64,000 nucleotides of DNA from Octopus sinensis. Lineage: Eukaryota. The notes under the pieces were generated by a model. It had not been told where the DNA came from, ran no database searches, and saw only the letters and a program-made list of their open reading frames with translations. The DNA lies in assembly GCF_006345805.1 (NCBI RefSeq), contig NC_043008.1, positions 23,994,001 to 24,058,000 on the forward strand, read 5' to 3'. Below, in pieces: positions 49,449 to 61,690 of the stretch. Position 1 is the first letter of the stretch. Each line of letters opens with the position of its first letter. The position numbers and the translations under genes are program-made.

Positions 49449-52400
49449 GTCAGGTCTCCGCTTGGGGCTACTGGTAATATGTAACCCAGTACAACCTGTT
49501 ACGTGGTCGGGTCGTTGGCGACTAAACTGGCAACCCCACCAATATTTCTTGGTGAGGAGGGTGATTTGGACACCCAGCAGGACTAAAAACAAAACCTGTT
49601 AAAGGGCAGAGGAACTCTCTCATGAGTCAATGGCCATCCAAAAACCTACATAAATCCGGAGTGGAGCCCCTAAGGCGGTTGGATTGCGCCATGCGTGCCA
49701 CCTTCCGGCAGCTCCTGCATCCTGGTCTACCCCCAGCCGTGTTGACTTTGTCTTGCCACTGGATCCGGCGCACCAGGACGAGACAGTGAGGCTGATCCTG
49801 CGCAAGTCCCCCTCACTATAATCCAAGTCACGCGCACGTCATGACATCATGACACCAACATCACAAAGTCCTGTGACGATGGGGAAACGGCGAAGTAGCA
49901 TGTGAGGATACACTGGGAGCTGCAGTCGTGAACCCACACACAGGCGGCTCAGGACATGTGGTCGCCCCTCACTGAACTGAGGCAGCAGTGGAGTCCGGCA
50001 GCCTCCTGAGTGACCGAGCAGCCCTCTTCAGGATCGCTCTGCTCGCCTCCGCAGCATGAGGACGGGGCTAGAAAAGGTTGCCCTAAACATAGCCTGCCTC
50101 ACCTCACCTTGGTCAGCAAACCGCGGCTGGCGGGGATCCTTTCCAAGCAGTCGAAACAAAGAAAGAAAACGAACAAAGGTGCTCACTTTCGCAACTTGGA
50201 ACGTGAGAACTCTGCTTGACAACACCAAAGCGGACAGACCAAAGAGACGAACTGCTCTGGTGGCCAGAGAACTGAGCCGATACAATGTCGATATCGCAGC
50301 ACTGAGCGAGACCCGCCTTGCGGACAAAGGCCAGCTGACAGAGACAGGCGGCGGCTACACTTTCTTTTGGAGTGGTCGCAGCAGCGAAGAGCGTCGTGAG
50401 GCTGGTGTTGGTTTTGTCATCAAGTCAGTACACGTGCGGAAACTGGAAAGCTCCCCCGAGGGTATCAACGATCGGCTGATGAAGATGCAGCTCCCACTTG
50501 GAAACAAGACGAGTGCAACCATCATCAGCGCTTATGCCCCCACCATGACCAACCCCGAAGAAGTTAAGGACAGGTTCTATGAGGAACTCGACTCCCTCAT
50601 CACGTCAGCCCAGCCTGGGAAGCTCATCCTCCTTGGGGACTTTAACGCCCGTGTCGGGACTGACTACCAAGCCTGGCATCGCGTACTGGGAAAGCAAGGA
50701 ATCGGAAAGTGAAACAACAACAGGCAGCCCCTCCTGCGGGCGTGCGCCTCTCATGATCTTACCATCGCCAACACCTTGTTCCGTCTGCCAACACGCAACA
50801 AGACATCATGGATGCATCCACGCTCCAAACACTGGCATCTGATAGATTACGTCATCGTCAGGGCGAAAGACAGGCGGGACGTGAGACTGGTCAAAGCCAT
50901 GTGTGGAGCTCTCCACGATGGATTTCTACATCCAACCTAAGAGAAGACCACAAGGTCAGAAAGTGACGAGGAAGCTTAACATCACGAAATTAAAGAACCA
51001 GCTGACGTGTGGACAGCAAGCTGTTGGACATTCGGAATGACCAGTCCAGCATCGATGAGCAGTGGGAATCATTCAGGGACACGGTTCATTCCATCGCCCT
51101 TGAAACTCTAGGCCAAGTTACGAGGAATCACCAGGACTGGTTCGACGAAAACGGCCAGGAAATCCAAAAACTCCTGGAAGAGAAACGCCGTCTGCTGCGG
51201 GCCCACCAAAATGACACCACCTGCACGGCAAAGAAGGCTGCTTTCAACAACATTCGCAGCACAGTCCAGGCAAAACTCCGCCTCATGCAAGACGCATGGT
51301 TAAGCGCCAATGCGGATGAGATTCAGGGATACGCAGACAAACACGACACCAAGAAATTCTACGAGGCGCTGAAAGCTGTCTATGGACCGCAGTCCTCCTT
51401 TGGATCAACCCCCCCTGCTCAGCTCGGATGGAACCTCACTCCTGACTAACAAGAGGCTGATCCTGAAGAGATGGGCGGAGCATTTCAACATCGTGCTCAA
51501 CCGACCAGCCCAGATCAACGAGGAAGCCATCGCACGACTCACCCAGGTGCCGACAAACCACGAGCTGGCTGTTCCCCCTGCAGTCGAGGAAGTGAGCAGA
51601 GCCATCAAAACAATGTCCACCGGCAAAGCTCCAGGCTCTGACGCCATCTCTGCAGAGGTGTTCAAGTCGGGCGGCCCCACCATGATCAGTCAGCTCACCA
51701 GCCTGTTCCAGTCGATGTGGGACAGGGAACAACTCCCTCAAGATTTCCGGGACGCAAAAATCGTCCACATTTATAAGCGGAAAGGAGATTGGCAGTCCTG
51801 CGACAACCACCGAGGAATCTTCCTCTTGTCCATAGCAGGCAAGATCATGGCCCGAGTCCTGCTTGCCCGCCTTCTGTAACACTTGGAGCAAAGCCTTCTC
51901 CCTGGGAGCCAGTGTGGATTCCGCGCGGGTCGAGGGACCACTGACATGATATTCGCCGCCCGCCAGCTCCCGGAGAAATGCATGGAGCAGCACCTTGACC
52001 TCTGCATGACCTTTGTTGACTTCACCAGGGCTTTCGATACAGTAAGTCGGGAGGGACTCTGGTCATGGGAAAATTTGGTTGCCCCAGCAAATTTATTGCA
52101 ATTGTCCGCCAATTCCACGACGGAATGACAGCCAGAGTCCTTGAAGACGGCAACTCATCTGAAGTCTTCCAGGTGACCAGCGGAGTCAGGCAGGGCTGTG
52201 TCCTGGCCCCAATACTGTTCAGCATCATGTTCTCGGCAATGCTGTCCGACGCCTTCAGGGACTGCAAGTCCGGTATCGACATCAAGTACAGGACGGACGG
52301 GAAATTTTTCAACTCCAGAAGATTGCAGGCCGTCACAAAGGTGAGGGAGACAGTCGTCAGAGACTTTCTCTTTGCTGACGACTGCGTCCTTAACGCAATC

Positions 52401-52822
52401 GATGAGCAGGAGATGCAGCTCGGGATGGACAGGTTCACATCAGCCTGTGACAACTTCGGTCTCACCATCAGTGCCAAGAAAACCGAAGTGATGTTTCAGC
52501 CAGCCCCCGGCAAACAATACCATGAGCCTCAGATAAAGGTGAACGGACGGATCCTACGAGCGGTGGAAAACTTCACCTACCTCGGCAGCACTCTCTCCTG
52601 CAATGCTAACATAGATGCTGAAATCATCAACAGAATCTCCAAGGCAAGCAGCGCGTTTGGGGTTCTGCGAAAGAAAGTCTGGGAGCGGAGAGGAATCAGC
52701 CTCAACACCAAGCTGAAAGTCTACCGGGCAGTCGTGCTTACCACCCTACTACACGGCTGCGAGACGTGGACTGCTTACCGAAGGCACGAGCGCCAGATAA
52801 ACCACTTCCACCTCAGGTGTCT
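49449..52822 (+). mobile_element. RTE-clade LINE (family RTE-2, BovB/AviRTE-like) with intact 5' UTR and truncated 3' end
   Basis: APE ORF 50056-50712 (ATWNVRTL, ALSETRL, LGDFNARVG); RT DFTRAFDTV, VRQGCVLAPILF and FLFADDC. Homology stops at HFHLRCL. Confidence 0.93.
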
Positions 52823-53103
52823 ACTATTATTGTCATTATTACCAACATATCTACCACTACTGCACCCTCTGCTGTCCCCACCACCGCTATTTCTGCAAAC
52901 AATGTCATTATTAAAAATAACTACACCAGATTTTATCGCTACGTGGCTGAACAGGTTGATAAAATACTGTAGAACGACACATTATCGTTTGCCATAGAAC
53001 AAGATTGATTAGAAAGGAACAAGTTAGCTTAAATAAGACGATAGCAAGTTAATCCAGTGGGAAATTATATTACTGAGAAGAGGTTATCTGAAGAGAAATG
53101 GGG

Positions 53104-53150
53104 AATAATAATAATAATAACAATAATAACAACAACAACAACAACAACAA

Positions 53151-53189
<39 letters not shown>

Positions 53190-53273
53190 CAACAACAACA
53201 GCAGCAGCAGCAGCAACAACAACAACAACCACAACAACAACAACAACAATAATAATAATAATAATAATAATAA
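53104..53273. repeat. Compound SSR AAT-AAC-AGC-AAC-AAT
   Basis: Direct inspection. Confidence 0.95.
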
Positions 53274-55089
53274 CCTACCAACCTGCGTAATATTTCCTTG
53301 GACTTATCGTATATCATAATTTTGTAATTGTATACATGAATCCAGTTATTACTTAGAAATACATATAAGTAGATATGTGTGAAATTTGTGCTAGCTAATG
53401 ACTTAGATATATATATATGCGACATGAATATGTGTGTGTGTATAAATATATACAAATCAATGCATGTATGTGTGTCTATGCAAGTATGTATGTATACATG
53501 GATATATGCTTGCACAGATGAAAGTGAGCATGTATGTATGCGAACTGACTCGAATAGATCGACTACTAGTTTCCTAACTGAAACGTTGGTCTACGTATGC
53601 CCTATTTCTACGCAGTGAACAGTAACAACACTGGATTTCGTGGATTAGTAATGTGATGTACAATTACTAATGCAGGTAAATCTACTCGAGATTAATACAA
53701 TGTCTGTCCTTTTATTAGGTATTATATTTCTGGTGAGTAGCTCTATCTTCATCAGTTTGGAACACTGCTGATAAGGCTTTTTTGATGAGACTAAACTAAA
53801 CGCTTTGATCAATGTTCCTTGCTGACAAAAGTACTGTGGTTTAACTATGTGCTTTATCTTCACGATGGTGTGCGTGTGTGTTTACTAAACATGTAAATAG
53901 AATTTTGTACACGTGTATAAACCACACTGTTTTGCTATTCTATGAATTTCCAGCCGTCAAACATATTATTATGTATATTGGATTGTTCTAATCGCAATCT
54001 TCTCTACATTTTCTTTAAGTAGCACCATACGTCGTTACTTTCGGTAACTTAAGAAACAGAGACAGTCAGATCTTGATGAGTCTTTAATGACAAATGATAC
54101 TAGTCGGTTCGAACCCCAGTCCAAGCTGTTTTTCCTTTTCAGAGAGAGATTACATGAACGACAAAGATTAGATTACGTGTTTCTTATTCATGTATGGATG
54201 ATGGATTCCGTCTTAATATCCACTTCAGGAATATTTTGAATTTTTTTCGTGTAACCAACACTGACTAGACCTTCGGCAAATGAAGAGATATTCTGACAGA
54301 ATGAAAGATATTATAAGTCAGCTTTCGCTAGGGTTAATTATACCGAAAACATTCAATATCTTTCAGAAGTGGATATTAAGAAAGTAGCTATGAAACGTGG
54401 ATTACGTACACAGATTACTGAAAATAATCACTATAGTAATAACAGAAATAAATGTGCTAAGAAATACGATAATAGGTAAGATAATAAGATGAATATTAAT
54501 GGAGAAAGAGAAATGTAGTTGGATTGCATAGTAACATTAATGCTATTCTAAATAAAGGAAGAGAGCATACAGTTGTGTAACCTTAGAGAACAGAACCGAA
54601 ATTAATCGGAAATTACGAGTCAATGGGTAGCTTATGAATTCTTGTAATAAATATATGAACGATAAGAGGAGGATTCCAATCCTGAAGTTAGGTGCATCTC
54701 TCTTCGCAACATCATAAGTGAAGATAAACAAAGTAATAGATATAAGAATGCTGACATTTCAAATTAATACTAGATGAGGAGCACGTAATAGACATTTTAA
54801 CTTGTGCAATGCTTTATTTTGGTGTCCAGTTAGCCACTCATATCCCAGTAAATATTTTGGTCTTTGATGTGGGCATAACAGTATATTAAAAAAGCATATT
54901 GTAATATTTGCATATTCGACCACAAATAACACAACTGATAATAATGATTGAAAACTGAACACCGTTGAAGCAAAACAATTATCTTGTCCTTTTTATAAAC
55001 GGAATCGAGTTTATCTAGTCAAAACAAAAAGAGTGTCTATTTCTCAAGCAACGTCTCGTATGGAATAGAAATTCATACAGTAAAAGGCT

Positions 55090-55219
55090 AAATAAATCAT
55101 GGAATTGTAGGGCCGTCAAAACAGTCCACTAGAAAAGTCGACGAAATCAAAAACAAACAATGCGCATGCACGAAATTTAAAGTATAAAATGGCGACAATT
55201 TACACATCGCACCCTTGTA
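55090..55219 (-). mobile_element. Possible Tc1/mariner terminal fragment
   Basis: Minus strand begins TA|CAAGGGTGCG next to (TA)n, resembling mariner TIR starts; no partner end seen. Confidence 0.4.
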
Positions 55220-55343
<124 letters not shown>

Positions 55344-55398
55344 ATTGCGCAACTCCATTGTCTCCGAGACAAAAAGGATGCCAACAACAACAACAACA
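55344..55398 (+). mobile_element. Ultra-short RTE-1 3'-end insertion
   Basis: TGCGCAACTCCATTGTCTCCGAGACAAAAAGGATGCC(AAC)n matches the RTE-1 3' ends at 9505-9546 and 60505-60546. Confidence 0.8.
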
Positions 55399-56031
55399 AT
55401 ATATATATTAAACAAAATGAGATAACAAAACCAAGGGTGTGAATAGTTTTCAGTACAATTATAAGGAAAAAGATATAGATATAGTCTTACGGCTGTTTCT
55501 GGGATAAGGAATTATTATGGAAAAGGAGACAGGGAATATAGAGGGAAATGAGAGAATGAAACTAGAAATAAAATATAAAATACAAAGATATTGTAGTTGC
55601 AGTTCCATTATTCGAGGAAATTGGTGTGTAGAAGTGATGGTATGTAAATTCCAATAGTAGTTCATGTTCAGTCGTGCAAAGTATGGAGTTGTGGATTGTG
55701 TTGGCACATTGGAAACGGTCTTGTGGTGTGAGTGAAAATTTGGGAATGTATTGGTAGTATACGGGGAAGATGTGTATGATTAGAATGAGGAGAAAGGTCA
55801 AAATGAAAACAGGAAGAGAAAATGAGAAAAAATGTGAAAAAAGTGAAGAGTGAAAGGAGAACAGGAGTGTTAGTTGGTGGTCAAGATAATGTGATGGGAG
55901 GATGGGAGCGGAGTGGAGAGGGATAGGAAGTGATGAGAAGAGAAGAGAAGAGAAAGAGTGAATAAGAATGAAATATGTGAATAGGTGTGATATAATAGAG
56001 CTGCATTAAGGGATGGGTAGAGAAAAGGTAT

Positions 56032-56054
56032 ATGTATGTATGTATATGTATATG

Positions 56055-56088
<34 letters not shown>

Positions 56089-56145
56089 TGTATGTATGTA
56101 TGCATGTATGTATGTATGTATGTATGTATGTGCGTGTGTGTATGT
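56032..56145. repeat. (TATG)n microsatellite
   Basis: Direct inspection. Confidence 0.95.
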
Positions 56146-56149
56146 GTTT

Positions 56150-56280
56150 TGGTGTCTGTGTTTGTTCCCACCACCGTTTGACAACCAGTATTGATGTGTT
56201 TACATCCCGTAACTTACTGGTTCAGCAAAAGGAACTAATAAAATAAGTATCAGGTAAAAAAAAAGTCCTAGAGTCTATTG
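56150..56280 (+). mobile_element. Probable fragment of a second SINE family
   Basis: GTGTTTACATCCCGTAACTTACTGGTTCAGCAAAAGG..ATAAAATAAGTA resembles a cephalopod SINE body as I recall it; no second copy in this window. Confidence 0.4.
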
Positions 56281-57522
56281 AATATAATTTACATGAAAGG
56301 TAGCATTTGGAAGCATTTAAATTTAAAATTTTGCCTTATTATCCCCAGCAAAGTGGAGGGTGTTGAGTTACTAACGATCGCATTTTTTAAAATTCATTTA
56401 ATCTTGGACTACATTATCAAATGTGTCTGCCTTAAGGCAGATGTCCCAGAATATGACTGCTATTTCTAACAAATTGATCGATCACACAATGAGTTCTTTG
56501 TTAGAAGAATTGTTAGAGTTGAAGGTTAAACCTTCAACATTGTTACGTTGAACCTTCAATATTGTTGCATGCCCATAGACATTTCTGATTCTTATGAGAT
56601 GTCTGTCATCTATTCACTGCAGTTGCAGCAGAAAGGGCTTCTGCTTACCCTGTGTACAACTCTGACCATTGCTCAGCTATTCGATTTATACACACAGATG
56701 TTATGAAAGAATAGTTTGAATAAGTTTCAATAAAATATCTTCGAGCCATTTTATGTTATAAATGTAGCTCTCGTATTTTATCCCTCTTTCTTTGTTCCCC
56801 TCTGTTTTTATTGAATAAGAAGAGACAGAAGAATACAAAGTTAATTTCTTGGCAATAAATTGATTTCAATTAAAGAACAATAAAATATTAAATAACCTCA
56901 GTTAATTTTATTAACAAACTCTACATTATTATTTGATCTCTTTTGAGAATTTGTTTATAGGATTCTTCCCCGAATTGAAGTAAATATCTTTAGGGCAAGT
57001 AAACAATTTCTCAAACTATTTGTTATGAATTATGGCTGTTTATATTTTATAAACAAATTTTATACACTGTTAGACTTTTCCTTTGCAAGTGATAATTTAT
57101 TTAATGAACAATTAACACACTTTTTCTTTGAGAATATTAGATCAAATTAATATCAGAATTCTTTCTCGACAGTCATTATAACCATGATTATTCAAACAAT
57201 AAATTGTGCGAGAAGTAGTTAGCTACATTATTCATACATTTTAAAAATACATTAGCTGCGTAGGTGAAGTTAACATGTTTTAAAAAGAAGTCAAGATCAG
57301 TTCTTACATTATAGGCCTATGACTGCTATTCTAGCTATATAAGGCATTGCATAATGTTGGGGGAGATTAAAATTCTGTATTAACTTGAAACTTTCCTTTT
57401 ATCTTTTAATAATGTAGACGAAAAACAACTTAGCATCACTTATCTATGAGCAACAGGCCTGTGAATGGCTTTAATAAAAAAAATAACCGATATCTCTAAT
57501 GCATATAAATATATATTTGTGT

Positions 57523-57559
<37 letters not shown>

Positions 57560-57567
57560 CAGACATA

Positions 57568-58798
57568 TTAGGTCATCCCATAAGTTCTGTCCGAATTTTT
57601 AATTAAGAAAACAAGTGATCAAATGTTATATTTAATTGAAATTTAGTTTTCAATGTATTTTCCCTGATTATCTATGGCTTCCTTCCATCTATTTACAAGC
57701 TTTTTAATCCCATCAATGTAAAACTCTTTTGGTTTCAAAGCGAAGAACTCCGAATTGTCAGTTTCGACCTCATGTTGGCTTGCGAAAGTTACATACCCTA
57801 AATGATTCTATAAACTACGAAACAAATGGTAGACTGAAGGAGCAAGGTTGGGAGAATAAGGTGGATGAGGAATTTTTTCTCGATCTTCTGTGATGTGATC
57901 TTTGCATCACGCCTTTTCGATTCACTAAAGCGGGTCTTTTTTTTCTTCCAAGCTTGGTTCAAACGCTCTAATTGCTGGCTGTATACTTGAGCATTGATTG
58001 TTGCATTAGGTGGTAACAATTCAAAGTGAATTACTCCTTTGCAATCCCACCAGATAGAACGAAGAACATTTTTTCCATGAAGTTCCCTTCTCGGTTGTGG
58101 TTGAGCTTTTTCCCTTTTACCAAGCCACTGTTTACGACGTTTAACATTTCCACAGAAGATCCATTTTTCGTCACCAGTCACAAGTCTACCCAAAAGGGGT
58201 GAAATGAGTTCACGAGAATGGAGAGAAGAGCAGATGTCAACTCGGGATTTGCGGTTGCTTTCGGAAAATTCAGGAGGCACCCATTTTCCAAGTTTAGGAA
58301 CCTTTCCAAGTTGTTGAAGTTGACGATGAACAGTTGTATGGTTTGAAATAAGCTTTATTGCTAATTCTTCAACTGATAAAGCAAGATTTTCCTCAAGTAA
58401 TGCCCCAAGGAGCTTATCATCCAACTCAACTGGATCTTCATCTTCGAGGCTGAAATCGCCACTTCTGAATTTTGCAAACCATTTTCCGCAAGTTCTTTTA
58501 TTCAAGCATTCTTACCCATAAACTGAGTGTATTTTTCGAGTCGCTTCGGCTGCAGAGTTTCCTTTTTTATACTCATAAACATTTTGTGCTTTAAATGCTC
58601 TTTGGATACTTCCATGTTAGAAAGGGTTATAATCAAAGAAATTTTAATTCTATTATTCTGTAAAATAATATTTAATTAGTTCAAATGTACACAAATGCAT
58701 AAAAATAAGTTTTAATTCCATTTGACATTCTAGAATACTATTAAATTACATTCATTTTTAAAAAAGGTCAAATCGGACGGAACTTAGGGATGACCTGA
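57568..58798 (-). mobile_element. Full-length mariner transposon with TIRs and TA target duplications
   Basis: TA|TTAGGTCATCCCATAAGTTCTGTCCGA ... TCGGACGGAACTTAGGGATGACCTGA|TA. Confidence 0.95.
57643..58615 (-). pseudogene. Inactivated mariner transposase
   Basis: MEVSKEHL, KWFAKFRSGDFSLED, KWVP, TGDEKWI and PPYSPNLAPSVYHLF; has stops, frameshifts and a deletion over the HDNA motif. Confidence 0.9.
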
Positions 58799-59250
58799 TA
58801 CTTTTATCTCACTTTTTTATTCGTCCGAACCTGGGCAACTTTCTGCGCAAGTTCTCAATTAATACGGTATTTTAAACTCAAAGTTGTCACACAGTCTATA
58901 TAAGGTAACATTGACTAGAATTTATGAACTAAAGAATGCATCATACAAAGCAGAAACAGACATATTTACTTTTAGCATAACATATCTAGCCATATGAAAA
59001 GCACGGAAGAGAGTTTTAAATTTAGAATATATCATAAAGGCAACTACACATATATTTTTTTTCGTCGGAACACAGCTACCCAGGTGTTTTTCAACCGAAA
59101 AATAACCTGATTTGTAAAGATGTTATCAGAAAGGAAGATTTTTGAAATATATGTGTATGCATTTGTCTGTCTGTGCCTATATGTATGTTGGTATGTATGT
59201 ATGTATGTATGTATGTATGTATGTATGTATGTATGTATGTATGTATGTAT

Positions 59251-59801
59251 GTCAGGTCACTTTCGAGTGCTACTGGTAACATGTAACCCAGTACAACCTA
59301 TTGCATGGCCGGGTCGTCGGCGACTAAACCGGCAACCCCACCAAGCTTGCTTGGTGAGGAGGGTGTTTATTGGACACCCTGCGGGATGAAAAATAAAACC
59401 CGTCAAAGGACGGAGGAACTCTTGAGAGTCAACGGCCATCCAATAAATGTCTTAAGGCTGTATCATGCGCGGAGACATAGAAATAATCGGATTGAATACC
59501 CGATCGCGCGGTTAAACCATTAGGAGTGAAGGTCTCCTAGCCTTTGTTAAGCATCCTCCTAGGAGAAGGTAACTCAGGTAACTGGGATAACTCCGATATT
59601 AAACCTGCGGCTCAGTGGTTACCGATGATGTTGACTTGATCTTCTTTTCGGATTATGGCTGCTGTTGCTTAGTGAGTGGGATTGACTCAGTGCACAGCCT
59701 TTCCTCACTTAAAAAAAATCTTCTTGCACAGGCATTGCACGATAACAACATTGATTAAGCTTCGTGCAATGGCCATACTCGATAACGAGGGGGCAGCCAC
59801 C
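59251..59801 (+). mobile_element. Non-coding element sharing its first ~190 bp with the RTE-2 5' UTR, embedded in (TATG)n
   Basis: 59251-59440 aligns with 49449-49640. (TATG)n lies on both sides (59191-59250 and 59802-59865). Confidence 0.75.
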
Positions 59802-59899
59802 ATGTATGTATGTATGTATGTATGTATGTATGTATGTATGTATGTATGTATGTATGTATGTATGTGCAGATTTGTATGTTTTACGTAAGTATTCTTATG

Positions 59900-60490
59900 C
59901 GACATGCTCATATATATTTAAATGATTAACTTCTGGAAGTTTTTACAGAATTTTACAGTTCCAGTGATGGATTGGATCTATCCCCTTTGAATTAGCTTTC
60001 TCCTTTTTGGTTTTGAGAAGCCTAATTTCTCAAGTTTGGTATTTAGACAGTGTGTTACATAAGCCTGTGTGTTACATAAGCCTGAACCTGTAATCTGGAT
60101 AGAGTAATTGTAGATTTCTCAATGGATTTTTACTGATCTTCAGCTTTATGTTAACATCCGCTGGGCAGATAATTTCTACAACTGTGTACGGTTTCTCTTC
60201 TCTATCCCAAATCAGGTCTAGTACATTCCACCAGTATTCCTTTTCATTATAATGGCTTCATTATAAATGGCTTCTACTGTATTGTGGGTTTCTATTTCTT
60301 TGTCCTCGGGCTTATCCTTCCGACGGATTTCATTCTAGAGTGTTCTAGCTAGAACTTAGTTTCATTGATAGATGATACCGTGATGACATTTTCGGACAAC
60401 TGCTTATGATGTGGGTTATATCTTCAGTATGAATTCCACAAAGTCTTCAGCGGTTGTCACATTTTACGTCTTTTCCCACATCTCTATTCT
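59900..60490 (-). mobile_element. Decayed RLE-type LINE 3' fragment (divergent subfamily E)
   Basis: HIISSCPKMSSRY, DLIWDREEKPYTVVEIICPADVNIKLKI and LRNLQLLYPDYRF. Confidence 0.7.
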
Positions 60491-60495
60491 TTCCG

Positions 60496-60721
60496 TGCAT
60501 CAGGTTGGCATCCTTTTTGTCTCGGGAGACAATGGAGTTGCGCATAAAATAGTCTTGTCCGGCTTTTACATTTCATGTCCTGATACATTTCCTGCTGTGG
60601 CTGTATAGTCCTATCCTGGACAAACACTCCCTCTGGCAGGTGCCGCAAATGTTGCGAAGACTGTTCCTGGCTGGTTGTAATGTCATAGTTTCTTGTTGAC
60701 GTCTTTTCTTGTCTTTCCATT

Positions 60722-60760
<39 letters not shown>

Positions 60761-61428
60761 ACTCCTTTGTATTCCCTCTTTTACGGTACGTCGCCAATCT
60801 CCACGGTTGCTGGCAACTGCTTCCCAATTGCTAATATTGATGTTGCAGGCCTTCATGTCCCTTTTGCAAACATCCTTGTAACGTAAGAACGGTCTTCCCA
60901 CAGACCTAGTACCCCTAGCAAGCTCTCCGTAGAGTATGCCCTTGGGGATTCTGCCATCTTTCATACGGCTAACATGCCCAAGCCATCTCATACGTCTTTG
61001 TGTGAGAAGTGCAAACATGCTTGGTATTCCTGCTTGCTTGAGGACATCTTTGTTGGGGATATGATTCTGACATTTGATGCGAAGGATTTTCCGGAGGCAG
61101 CGCAGGTGAAATATGTTTAGGCGATGCTCTTGGCGTGTGTATGGCATCCAAGTCTCACTTCCATACAGTAGAGTGCTAAGTACACATGCCTGATAGATCT
61201 TCATTTTCGTGGTCTTGGTCAGCTTATTGTTGTCCCATGCCCGTTTGGAGAGTTGGGCCATCGCAGCAGCTGCCTTGCCAATGCGTATATTGAGCTCAGC
61301 GTCAAGGTATAGGTTGTAGGTGACGGTAGAGCCCAGATAGGTAAACTTCTCCACCTCCTGTAATCTGTGGTCTCCAATATGTATGTTTGGGATGTCCAAT
61401 GTAGCCTGACCCATGATGTTGGTCTTCT
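60496..61428 (-). mobile_element. 5'-truncated RTE-1 copy
   Basis: High identity to 9498-10420 (FTYLGSTVT, LLYGSETW, RWLGHVSRM). Confidence 0.93.
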
Positions 61429-61502
61429 AGGTACTTGGTTGACATTTCCTATTCCTGGATTGCAAAAGCATACCCTTCAAAGTGGGAGGCAATAATCCGG
61501 TT

Positions 61503-61532
61503 ATGTATGTATGTATGTGTGTATGTGCGTTC

Positions 61533-61565
<33 letters not shown>

Positions 61566-61690
61566 AGTTTGTGTATATATGTATGTGTATCTACCTATCT
61601 ATATATATATGTGTGTGTTTATGTGTGCATGTATGTGTGCGTGCATACAGAGAGGGAGAGAGAAAGAGAGAGAGAAAAAAGAGAGAAAGA
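61503..61690. repeat. (TATG)/(TG)n/(GA)n compound SSR
   Basis: Direct inspection. Confidence 0.9.

Noticed and set aside
54068-54100. TTGATGAGTC-TTTAAT-GACAAAT, a hammerhead-like string
   Set aside because: Both core segments deviate (no CUGA, no GAAA) and stems I and III cannot be formed convincingly.
56640-56700. Possible minus-strand micro-exon ending CAGG|GTAAG (LSNGQSCT)
   Set aside because: Too short, with splice-like motifs expected by chance and no supporting neighbouring exons.
59320-59425. Twister ribozyme assignment for the RTE head (UAA...CCCGUCAAAGGACGGAGG)
   Set aside because: The loop equivalent to L4 is A-rich and cannot form the T1 and T2 pseudoknots. Kept only as an unassigned structured RNA.
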